Assembly: GCA_030704615.1 (NCBI GenBank)
Contig: CM060732.1
Span: forward strand, 30,628,001-30,692,000
Direction of reading: 5' to 3'
Length of the DNA stretch: 64,000 nucleotides
Source of the DNA: Takakia lepidozioides
Taxonomy: Eukaryota > Plantae > Bryophyta
The notes below the pieces were generated by a model, which was given only the letters and a program-made list of their open reading frames with translations, did not search any database and was not told the DNA's origin. This document shows positions 22,931 to 33,872 of the stretch, in pieces. The position numbers and the translations under genes were made by a program. Numbering within the stretch: position 1 is the stretch's first letter; every line of letters begins with the position of its first letter.

Positions 22931-23439
22931 GCCAATTCAATGCGAATCTCTTGACCCTTCAGTGCTCCTAAGTCTTCAAACTGAAGGCAAAGCAGTTCCT
23001 GTAAGCCCTCAAGAACCGCCGTATACGTCGTCTCTCTCCTTCCGGTGACTATAGGTCCAACATCAGGCTCCCAGTTGTCCTTCCGTACTGCAACCTTGAG
23101 TCCAGCAGGCTTAGAGGTAGAAGACACGTCCCGTGGTTGCTATGCTGCAACCTCTTGAGCAGTGACCACTGCCTCCTCTGTCAGTGACAATGTCTCATCC
23201 TGCCCCATCATCCCATCCTTGAGGACCTCCTCAATCCGAGAAAAATCCCCAACCTGATCCATCACCGCCGCCTTGGCTGCCAACTCCTTCTAAACCTCGA
23301 GCACCTCCCACGTGTGCCATGGATGCGGCCTGCACCTCGTGGTCCTCACCTGCTCGCCCCCACTCGCTGCCTGTACCGTCTCGGTAGGCAGGGAGACCAT
23401 GAAGGGAAGTGTACTCCGTACTCTGCGCTGCTCGGCCAT

Positions 23440-24400
23440 AGCCAAGCTGATAATCCAGGTCAAGCAATTGAGATCCATTGCTTGCCCCAACACCTGACGA
23501 CGTGATGCCTCAGAAAGAGATGGCACCGCCGTGGTACCAGTGGTAAAACCCATCCCGCTAGCTCGCGCTCGTCAGCATTGGGCTCACTAATTGTTGCAAC
23601 TGGCTATCCCACAAGAGGCCAGGTCCACCATCCCGAAAAGCATGGGATCCTGGGAAGCTGAGCAGTGTAGGTAATGCTGCTCGTGGTTGACCCACCCTAT
23701 TGACCACTGCCAAAGGCGAACGGTCATCGTGTCTCACACGTTGAGACTGCCTCCCTGTGTCCAAAATGCTATCCACTGTGAGGTGTGCTGGCCACTGCAC
23801 CCCATCAAATGCACGCTTGAGCAGTGCGGGTGGCATCAAGTTAGTCCACCATAGCCGTGGATGATGAGCCCATGACCCCACTGCAGCTGCATCCAGCAAC
23901 ACTGCTGACCCAAGCCACGACCGGACTTGATGCACACTGGCCATCACCCTGGCCCGAGAATCACCCATCAGTGGCACATTCTCCAAGATGTATGCTGGAG
24001 ATGCTTGATGAAGCTGCAAGTGGTGCAAAATCCGCACCATCTCCCAAAACAGACCCGTCCTCGAGTCTCGCAATCCATTGCCATGCCCGGCTGATGAATG
24101 CCCTTGGAAGGGCCAACCTGCCACTACCAGATCAATGGAGCCAACCCGCTCCAAATCCTGCGCCCCAGCAACGAAATGTCTGCTGGCAAGGCTTGTTGGT
24201 ATCCACGAACTGCAGACACTGGCAACAAATCAGGGTACTGCTGTACCAACTGAGCAACATGGCGTAGTGAGACGCGTCGTGCAGTCTCATCCCTCTCTAC
24301 ATACATGTAACATCGAACTTGTACACCTGCCTGCAGCACTGCAGCCAATCCAGTGCTGATCCCGCCAAACAAGTCCAGAAGGCATATGCCTTCATCCGGG
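23440..24400 (-). CDS. C5-cytosine DNA methyltransferase domain embedded in pol; catalytic Cys reads Phe in this copy
   Basis: Motif I LLDLFGGISTG; II YVERD; IV IDLVVAGWP(F)QG; DSRTGLF; VI YILENV; VIII HHPRLWWTN; IX-X MGF..GTT...RRQVLGQAMD. Confidence 0.9.
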
Positions 24401-24759
24401 CACTGCCACACAAGAGGTGTGGTGTCCAATGGCGACAACTGAGGTGGTCATAGTGCAATCACCGCACTCTCCTCTTCCCCTGACGGTACAAAGGCCTCTA
24501 CCCAGGCTTGTTGCACCGTCCATCAGCAGCCTGCTGCAAATCTTTGCCGTACCCCAAATGGAGTGTGAGCAACCATGGCAAGCAACTCCGCCATACCATG
24601 CATGTCATCTTGCTCTGCGGGAGGTGGCACATCCTCTGCATGGGCATTGCCCTCCAGCAACTCTCCAGGCCAACTAACAGCAGCTGTAAAGGCGGCTAGT
24701 GTTGGCATCCTCCCCCGCTGGGCAGCCGCAATACCTCCAATGAATGTCACAGGGAGCTG

Positions 24760-25130
24760 TATACGACGACCCTCCCCTGACTGCCATCCAGGCCTATAGA
24801 AAGCTGACTCCTCCCAAAAATCCAGGGTGAAGCCCATGGGGTACAACACTGCCCCACCAACCAGGACATCGCACGAGACCGCGTCTGTCACAATGGTCTT
24901 GGCTCGCATCACTGAGCCATCTGTAGGGTGATCCGGTTGTAGTCCAATGGCCAACTCACGCCGTGTCATGCCCCGAGCCTGCTCTGATCCTCCCAGAGAT
25001 GTCTGTATCTGGAAAGGACAAGGCTCCATATCCGCCTCTATGAGGCCCAAACCTGCAATAGCAGCTCTGCCCAACATCAGTGGCTGAGCTCCTGAGTCCA
25101 ACAAGACCCGCAGTGGCCGGTACTTCTTGC
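24760..25130 (-). CDS. Retroviral-type aspartic protease
   Basis: RVLLDSGAQPLML ... DVLVGGAVLYPMG within ORF 24523-25443. Confidence 0.85.
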
Positions 25131-25499
25131 CTGCCGGTCCACTCAAAGTGAAAATGCCATCCTGGTTGTCTAACAAGACAACTCCAGGTGTCACCATGGC
25201 GCGCTCAAAGGCTGGCCTAGCTGGCAACTCCGTCAACCTGATAGCTGCAGCTTGCCATGGCGCAGCCGTGGCAGTCTTGATCCTCAAATCCGAGGATCCC
25301 TCTGCCACTACACCTTCCACTAACTCCGTAGAAGATGAAGTGATCTCCCCTCTCTCACAGAGTGTTGCTGCTAGTCTGAACACTACAGCTGGTCTACCCC
25401 CGACGTCGCAATCATGGTTGCCGAGAACAGTGGGGCTTGACACACAAAGGTGGCTGCCCCCAACAACACACCGACTGCACTAGCCTTGGTAGCAGGTGT

Positions 25500-27290
25500 C
25501 AGTGCTGCACGTGTAGCTCTCCCCCAATGGCATAGTAACCTCCGAGGTTTCCCAACCCAACTTCCATGGAGCTTACAGGGACCTCAGGTGCAGAGGCCCA
25601 TGGCATCTTTGCAGGCCAACAGCAACCAGGGGATATATTGGACTGTGGAGGACCCCATGTCTAAGAGATTGCCCAGAGAGTGGCAGAAGCCGACACAGCA
25701 CAACCTGCACAGTTGCAGTGTGGGCATTGTGGCAAGTATGGGCATGGAGATGCCCATGACTTGCCCTAGTTGCGCCCCAGCCAGTTCCAAGGAACCATGG
25801 TGGCCGGGGGCCGGTGGACCAGCCCAGAGAGGACTGTGGTCGGGCACGAGGTGCAGGCCAGGGCAAGCTCAACATGGCCAAGGACGCCGGAGGTCCGGGT
25901 ATTGACCAAGGCATGGCCAACCGCTTCAGTAGCTAGAGCAGAGGCTCGCCTGCCATGGCTACAGCTCAGGCGCCGCCCCCCGGCCCCATGTTCCACCTCC
26001 TGCGCCTGGGAGAATGGGAGGCATGGGATTCATACGGAGCAGCACTACCACAGTGCAGGTGGAATCTGTGCAGCCGTGACTCGAGGCAGCACGAGTTCCT
26101 CCACGAGGTGCAGAGGTGGAATTGGATCACAGCGTGGGGAGGCAAGCCGTCAGGCCTTCCTCAGTCATTCACATTGGCGGAGACTGTGTCGACGCCACCA
26201 TGGCACCTAGTTCTAGCCCGACTGTTACGGCCCCCCTGACCACGCTGTTGGGCAGTCCCTTGTGCCTGTGGGCTGGCAGCTGCGCCTCGTGCAGGTATGT
26301 CCTTGCCAAATCCAATGATACAACTCGCTCCTCCACCATGTTGAGCTTAATCCGCTCAGCCAGCAGAAACACATCTGTTAATGTGGGTTGGGCTGCTTGT
26401 AACAGGGTTGCATCCCGCACCCTTCTCCTGAGCTCCTTGTCCAAATTCCATACCAGAACTGGATTGCTTGAGCTTCAGTAACCCTTGGGTCACACTTATC
26501 AAGCGCCTCATACGAGTGTAGGCCCTCTCGCAAGCGTTCTCACTGGGTTTGCGCTGGAAGTCTTGCAAACTTCGCAGCTTCTCTGTCCGTACACCTTGGT
26601 AGTTCCTCCGCAACTCCTGGAAGAACTCCACCACCGGGTTGAATCTAGGCACATGTGTTGTAGTCGTGGCAGGAGGAGTAGTAGCACCTTTTGAACTGGT
26701 ACCACCTGCAGAAGTACCGCACTACTTGTTCCACTACTAGTGCTGGCAGTGGGAGATATTGGTACTGATGCAGCTACTGTCGCGTCGTGCCTCGAGTAAT
26801 GAGACGTAGTCAGATGACCAATACATCCTCCACTCCTCAATCTCTGCTTCATGTCCTCGCCTGAACTCGTGGTAATTGTCCATAGCGGGCCTTCCAAATG
26901 CTGGAATAGTCCCTTCCACGCCATGAATGGGGTGAACAGTTGTGGATTGCGCATCTGCTGCAAATCACACCAGCTGTCGAACTCCTGGATAAAGTCATCC
27001 AGCTCAATTGTGCCCACAGCTCCAGAGTACCTACGAGGCCCCTTGGTAGCTCCATACATCTCCTCCATATCGTCCCACAACAATGCGAATGAAACTGCAC
27101 ACCTGTTGAAGAAGCCTCCGAGTCTGTGTCTGACTCTGCACTAGTTGAGGGTGGAGGTGAAGTGGTCTGAACCGAATACCTCGTCTTGTGAACCCACTCT
27201 CACTGTTACGGCCTGTAGCCGTACTCCCCTCAAACCCTTGGGTAACTCCATGATGACACTCACAATGTGCACCTCCCCCACGTGACACTA
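25500..27290 (-). CDS. gag (frameshifted)
   Basis: RYSGAVGTIELDDFIQEFDSWC, FFQELRRNYQG..LQDFQRKPSE, LDKELRRRVR; located upstream of the protease. Confidence 0.75.
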
Positions 27291-28029
27291 TAAGGCTCTA
27301 CTACTAATTCTAATAGTGACATGGGTGGGCACCCGTTGCAGTTTAAGGGTCATATCCCAGTGGCTTAGGGCACCTGCACCTGCATCCACTGCAAGAACTC
27401 CTATGGTGTGCTGGTCATCAACCTAGTCTCACCATAGAAGAAACACTGGTGGTCTTGCTGGTTATCACTCCAGCCTCACCACCGACAGCATACTCTAGGA
27501 TTGACCGGTGATCAAATCCGGCCTAATCCCTATGACAACAAGCGCCCACACAAACCAACATGGCGCACAGTCAAGCATGCAGGTGTTGGGGGGGATCCAA
27601 ACACAAGAAATGAAACATCAACAACACCCCCACCCCAAAATCCATCTGCAATGCTGATCCTGCAGAATATCCCAGCCCAAAACCCCGGACTGACTGGCCT
27701 CCACCAAGATAGGCTTTGGCAACTACAAGTACAAAGTAGTGGAAATAATAACAAGAGGGAGGGGAAGAATAGAGGCCCGACCAAGCAAGATCTAATCATG
27801 ATCTATGCTATCAACTGCCACACTTCTCTCAAAGTGTCTCGCTCTACATGATGGTAAGGTGTAGGAGGTATATTTATGTCCAGAAACCTGCCACTAACCT
27901 TGTCTCAAGCTACAGTAGCTCACTCTAACCAACCCTCCTCCTCTTTCTGCCAGGTAGAGACAAAGCAGTACTCCCCTATCTCTCGCTCACTGAACACTAA
28001 AGAAAATAAAGGTAGGGTCTGACAGTCTC

Positions 28030-28552
28030 TCAACTCGAAAGCTTTGAGACGGTTGCGGGTGTCCTCATTGCGAATGACTGCATCTCCTTTAAGTAGCACA
28101 AACTTTTCATTGCTAATGAACCCCCGCTCGTGGTTGCCTCGTGTAGAGCGTGTCCGGCTGCAACCATGTCTGATTGCACAAACTTGTGTAGCTCCTGCTC
28201 CTCTGCTCTAGTACACCACGGCCTTGTGGCTGAACACCTTGGTCCCCGGGGCTGTCTTTGGCTGTGTTCCAAGCCTAGCTTCCACCCACTTTGGTATTTC
28301 ACCTACAGTTGCAGAACTGTTTGCTCCAACAGAGTTCTGACTGTCCAAAGCAATATTGAGGCCCTCAACGCCAACTACAGCAGTGTGTTGTCTATTGCTA
28401 ATGCCTGACTCCCAGTATGCAATCAACCCGTCCAACTGCTCTCCACTCAAGTCAGTCTGAGCCCCTTGAGAAACATAAATCTTGTCCCCTTGTGTGCACA
28501 GGCTAAGAGAAGAGACCTGCCCTTCAATTACGTCCTCATTTCCCCCAGCCAT
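28030..28552 (-). CDS. Accessory ORF of unknown function inside the retrotransposon (one frameshift)
   Basis: ATG-initiated ORF 28552-28208 continues in the overlapping ORF to 28030; no family recognised. Confidence 0.35.
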
Positions 28553-29049
28553 ACAAGGAGTACATCCCCAAATTTATCTCTTATGTAGACCACAACAGAT
28601 TCTAGAAACAGAATTGTGGATCTTTCATAGCACACTCACACTCAAAAAAATTCATAGATTTTTAGCAGAGTCCAAAAATAGGTAGGTCTAGATATGTAGA
28701 TTTCCCCTTTCTGCAGCTATCCCCTCAAAAACTGAGTCAAACGGAGTCCATTTGACAAAGATATGACCAATTAGGCTCTAAATCATTTGAATTAGATCAA
28801 AAAGGCCTTTTTTTTTTTTTTTTTTTTTTAACACCAAAACGTTCTCGCCATTAAAAACTGCTCCCAAGTCACCTACGAGTTCCCAACACGTCCAGGTAGT
28901 TCGTCCAGGTAGGGGCGATTTCAAGAGCAGGTCAAGAGATGCACTGCGCAGCACCTTCATGGCTTATGGATAGGCGGCATGCAATCGAAAGATTCGTGGA
29001 TGGTTGCTGGACTTGCACAACACATCTGCCACATCGGAACCACAGCTTC

Positions 29050-30400
29050 ACTTCACCAACATTCAGCACAACAGGAGCAGAGCAGAGCATACAAGAGCTT
29101 GGCCGTTGATTGCGACACCTGCTGTGTGTGAAGTTTGAGAATTGAGCTGCTTTTTGATGTCTGTGGTTCTACTGTGGTGTTGTACGTGTGCTCCTTGGAC
29201 CTGTTGGACCTCCCGCAGACGTGATAACTTTCTTTTCTTCTTATCCCTGAACCCTCCTGAGGCCCTATACATTCTTGATTTTGGCCATTTTGGAAGGAGG
29301 CCATTGGCCTTTCTTCCTTAACTTGCGCTTGCGCACCAGCCTCTTCCTTCGAAGCTCCAATCGTTTAGCCTTCTTCTTTAACAATTCTGCTTCTGACTTG
29401 AGGGAAACTATGGCTGGGATGGTGACCTCAGGAACAATCTCGACCTCTGACTCTGGGGCATCTCCAGCAGCCCTGGCTACCACATTCCTCTCCGTTGTGG
29501 CCTTCCACGTCAAGGACGCACCGGCTGCGACCTGCCCACTGTAATCTCCAAGTTCTTTTCTATACTTCAAACCCACTCTAAATCCAGAAAACAGCCCGCA
29601 AGCAGGTCTCCACTATGAGCTTGCCGAGGCAGCAGATGGTGAGAGAGACAAGGACACATTGGAGAAGGTCGGCACGAGGGCCTGGGAAAGAAGGAATGCC
29701 AAAGGTTGCAGAGTTCTCTGGTACGCCAAAGCCAAGTTCTGAAGGCGGGATTCCCCCTGTTGCCCAGGCTGGGCACAAGCTGGGCATTTACGGAAACCCC
29801 TCCGAGAAGCAGATGAGGCTCTCGGCAGATTGCCCGACAGGTTTTGCTTGTAAATCAGTCTTGTTAGCCAGCGATTGCAAGGCCTGCACCTGAAGCTCCG
29901 GGAACATCAATTAATCAACGATCTCCTCCAGCAAAATGGGAGTGTCATAGGTTGTCTTCCATCAACATTCACTACTTCATGTGCTTGGCTATTTGGGCCT
30001 GCTTTTTCCCGCCCTAACTTGCTTAAACGCTCCTGTGTGTGCTCTTGTACCCGAGCCCTTCTTAGCTCGCAGTGTCCTTCACAGAGCCGTCCTCATCGAC
30101 AACTGTCCATATTGCTTTAACAAGGTATGGATGTGTCACCATTGAACTGACCAGGTACAGCAAGGCTGCAGAACAATCTGCCTCTCGCAGTGCTCCTGTA
30201 CAGTTGCAGTTATAGCGACGCACCGAGTGCCCAACTTGCAGTAGTAATGCAACCGCAAGCGCTTGTTCCCCTGTCACAACCACACTCTTGCATGCACGCT
30301 GCACACAGGCTTCCACCTCCGGAAAAGAAGTCCAGGGACAAAGTTACGGTTGTCAGCAGCTACCAACAGACACAGTCTTCCTTACATTTGCGCATCATCC
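29050..30400 (-). CDS. Decayed accessory ORF of unknown function after the PBS, with a basic K/R-rich segment
   Basis: Chain of overlapping same-strand frames (30316-30062, 29576-29265, 29272-29063), including LLKKKAKRLELRRKRLVRKRKLRKK. Confidence 0.35.
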
Positions 30401-30517
30401 TGCTGCTCCACCAGCCTTGTCACAAACATAATCTACCATAATTTTCTTCTCTCACTTTCAAAACACAAAACCACAAGTGCTAAACTAAACTCACCTCTGG
30501 CACTCACAGATGCAAGC

Positions 30518-30530
30518 CATCTCTCTCGAG
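30518..30530 (-). promoter_or_regulatory. Primer-binding site complementary to the element's own LTR (self-priming type)
   Basis: CTCGAGAGAGATG follows the 5' LTR directly, with no TGG tRNA-type start. 30518-30531 is the exact reverse complement of 30716-30729. Confidence 0.7.
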
Positions 30531-30883
30531 TGATAAGAAAAGTAAGAACACAGTGTTGACACAAGAAACATGAAAACCAACTCCATCACTCTTTAAAATA
30601 GTAGTCGAGCCAGGGGCACCCCAAGCTATGGGGACTCCACCCCACAACAACCTATCCTCCCTTCATAAGCATACTCAGCTTCTAAAGCATGAAGGAGCTC
30701 GGTCGCGCAGGCTCAACTCGAGAGAGATGAGCTGCACGACTGACGCTCTCGTGAAGATAAGATGGTTCAGGTGTCAAGCTCAAACTTGACACCTGACTTA
30801 ACACTTGAACTAAACCCAAGTGTTAAATACAAATAACGAGTTTTATTCTAGTTAGTTTCACACTGTGTTTATTTATCTTGACA
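30531..30883 (-). repeat. 5' LTR portion A1 (lacks the first ~85 bp, which sit at the other end of the element)
   Basis: Direct repeat of 19326-19677; begins TGTCAAG and ends CTTATCA next to the PBS. Confidence 0.9.
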
Positions 30884-30887
30884 ATGA

Positions 30888-32168
30888 CATTCCTAAGTCT
30901 TAGAATAGAACACACGTGAATGTTCAAGCTTAAGAATCAGAGGGGTACACTTGTCGGTCAACTTATGAGTAAATTGAATTTTTTTGAAAAGTCAGCGTGG
31001 TGTAGCATGTTGTGCAAAGTCACCAGGACTCAGATATTCCAAGATAGAAGAAACTCGCGAGAGCCTGAAGTACGCAGACGAACATAGAACAATTGCTTGA
31101 TTTTGTGAAGCCTACAACCGTGCTTCTTCTTGAAAATGAACCGCCATGGTCTTTATCTTCCGATCTTCAAGATGAACATAAGATAAAGTACTCGGTCTTC
31201 GTCTTGTCGCCTCATCGGATGAATGGAAAGCTTCATGATCAAAAGAATGGAGACGGTGTTGCAGCTAACATTATAAAAATGCTTAGGATCTGTAAAAGAA
31301 TGGAGACAAATGTAGCAGTGCAACAGGATGCGGACCACGAATGCACCGGGTGCAATAAGAACACAAACCAAACCAAAACGTTTTTAGGGGGGCCGGGTAT
31401 GGGCGCATTGAAAAACTTGTAGATATCTAGATCCTGGGAATCCAAACTAATAGCGTTGATCCTGAGAGACAGAAAGCTAGAAAAAAAGTGATGTTGAGAT
31501 GTTCTACTTGATGCAACTGCATAGATATGCAAAGAGGCAAATATATGTGATTGAAACTATTTCACTGAGATGACATGAACATTACAACAACCCTTTTGCA
31601 AGAGAATAGACATAGTAGAGAACGACTTAGATGCTCATCTAACACGCAACACTCGAGAAGGAGTTTAAAGCATGCAATAGATGATAGCAAACCTAAGGCT
31701 CAACAACATAGAAGAAACATTGACACAATAACCCTTAGATGCAGAATAGTAGTCAATCTCTATAAAGTCCTAAACTAGTTTCACTCAACAAGTGAGCTCA
31801 TCACTGGGAGAGAAATGGAATGAGGTACACAGAGCCTCACCCCCAGCTTATATACTGTTGTAAGGGGTTGTTTCAATTAAGCATAAGACCAAAATAGGTA
31901 AAAGAAAATTATTTCTATGTCTAGAATAGAAAAAAAATATTTTTTGTGTCTAAAAAATAACTTTATGCCTAAGTAGAAAAAAAAAAACCCTAAAAGTGGC
32001 TTGATAATAGTCAATAATATCTCTCAAGTATAATTGACTCTATTGTAACTTAACAGAAACTAGATATGAATAAAAATCCCCGAAGTTTTTTTTCAAACTA
32101 AAAGCTTGTAGAAAGAAGCTAACTGCAAAACATTAGCAAAGCACCAATGAAGTTTAGGGTTTAGGATG
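30888..32168. repeat. Host tandem repeat, right unit
   Basis: Homologous to 17890-19239; ends AATGAAGTTTAGGGTTTAGGA. Confidence 0.8.
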
Positions 32169-32864
32169 GTCAACAAAGGCTTGCAAAGGTAATTAAAAGT
32201 AGAAAGAATACTAAAAAAAGACAGTAAATTGCAAGGGGGGCTGGTTCGGACCCAAATACAAATGCAATGGAATTCAAGACAAATGCGTACAAAGTGCGCC
32301 TATCGTGCCTAAAGGGATGCTATAAGACTATTATGTGTTATGCAAGGACTCCCGCCCTCATGAGATAAGGTTCTCTAATTGAAAAGTGAGGCACTTTCGC
32401 ACCAACCGTAAGTTTTTTTTATGTTTGCCGCTCCTTGTTTAGCAACAAATATCTTGCTCACTATGGGCAAGCATGCGCTCAAGGCATTCATAAACATAGG
32501 GTCAAGTCTCAACCCCTAGTTGGAAAACTTATATTATGCCCCATCTTCAAAAAGAGGTTCGTACCTCTAAGGAAGAATGGGAGGGATTACCGCATAAGGT
32601 CATCGACGAGAAGGTTAGGTCGGCAGAGGCTTGCGCATGCACATAGTACTCTGATCGCTCGAGATGAACTCGAGGGACGATCAACCAAGTCCCTTCTCTC
32701 CGACCATTGGGCGCACACAGGGGGAACTGTGTAGTCTTAGCCGACACGATTACCATATAACCCCAGCAGCTTTCCCTATTGTACGCGGTGGCTAAGATGA
32801 CGTCAAAACGGAAGGCTCTATACGCCCGTGCTTCGGAAAGAAAAATCATCTCGAGTTCATCTTG

Positions 32865-33871
32865 AAAACTGCCAAATATCTGTATCGAGGTCGTGACTGG
32901 CCTATGAAGACCCAGACTGTCTATCCCCTGTTTTGAGGGAGGATGTATGTGAGTTGGGAATGGATGTGGGGATGGAGCTTGCCTCCAACTGGGACACCAG
33001 GGCACCAAGTGCAGCACCCCTCCGTCTTTCCTCTTGAAGCTTGGCATTCTGAAAAGTGAGTTCCTGAGCCTTGACCAGTTCATTTTGAAGTTTTGAATTA
33101 TGAAATGAGAGCTTGGTGACTTCTTCGGCTAGATTCTTCAGCTCAACAGCAGCTTGTGAAGGCGGTTCCTTCGCATATGCCGACTCCTCTGCAAGTTTCT
33201 TAGTTTGGATCTGTAGACCCTCATTCTCCTCTAACAACCGTGCTCTCTCCTGCTTGAGTTTTTCCATCTCTGCTGCTTGTAACAATTTAAGTTTCAAGAC
33301 TGTAAACACACTACGGATGCACATATCACATAACTGTCCCATAGCTTGCCCTTTTGATCATGCCAAGAACATCAGGCTAAAGAAAGATGATATGAAAAGC
33401 TCATAAGCTAGGCCTTTCCCTAGAGCCACCTACGAACTCAACCAGGGTGTACCACAAAAGCTAACAAATGCAAATATCCTGAGTGTACATCAATAGATTA
33501 CTTGTTACAAAGTCCAGTAGCCACGGAACCAAACCTGAAGAAGGACTTGCGATTGTAAGAGAGTATCAACCTCCTCGGTATCCTTGGAGGTTGCATGTGA
33601 GTTGCAATCATGCACATCACTTTCAGATCCATTTTGTTCCACATATCGAAGCTCACCAGATAAACCTCCCGTACTCAACCAGCCTCCTATCTCCTCTGTA
33701 TCATCAACCAAGCTATTGCTTGGCCTGTGGTGATTAATCTTCGTCTCCATTGAAGCCATCTGCAGTTGCTGTTGAAGGGATTCAATAGTCTCCCGCAACT
33801 CATTGATTTCCTCAACCTGGGAGACATGCAATAACAAGCTCAGTTTAACGAGGAAATACCTGATCACTTGA
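32865..33871 (-). pseudogene. Partial duplicate of the kinesin-7 3' region with internal deletions
   Basis: Matches 38167-38337, 39240-39520 and 39913-40450 ([15 protein letters not shown]..., EEINELRET...). Confidence 0.93.
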
Positions 33872-33872
33872 T

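Larger units (their letters stand above)
19240..30883 (-). mobile_element. Ty3/gypsy LTR retrotransposon, 11.6 kb: gag-PR-C5 DNMT-RT-RH-INT-PHD, split/permuted LTRs, 4-bp TSD ATGA
   Basis: Termini TGTC...GACA. ATGA at 19236-19239 and 30884-30887; the flanks rejoin the host repeat. Domain order RT-RH-INT indicates gypsy. PPT AGGGGGGGCG at 19773-19764. Confidence 0.92.

Noticed and set aside
23440-24400. Host DRM/CMT/MET1 gene
   Set aside because: Intronless, with unpermuted motif order, no UBA/BAH/chromo domains, and located between protease and RT inside LTRs.
19240-30883. Tyrosine-recombinase (DIRS/Ngaro/PAT) retroelement, suggested by the split direct repeats
   Set aside because: It encodes an aspartic protease and a DDE integrase and has a PPT and a TSD. 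No YR motifs were recognised, and the junctions do not fit core-sequence recombination.
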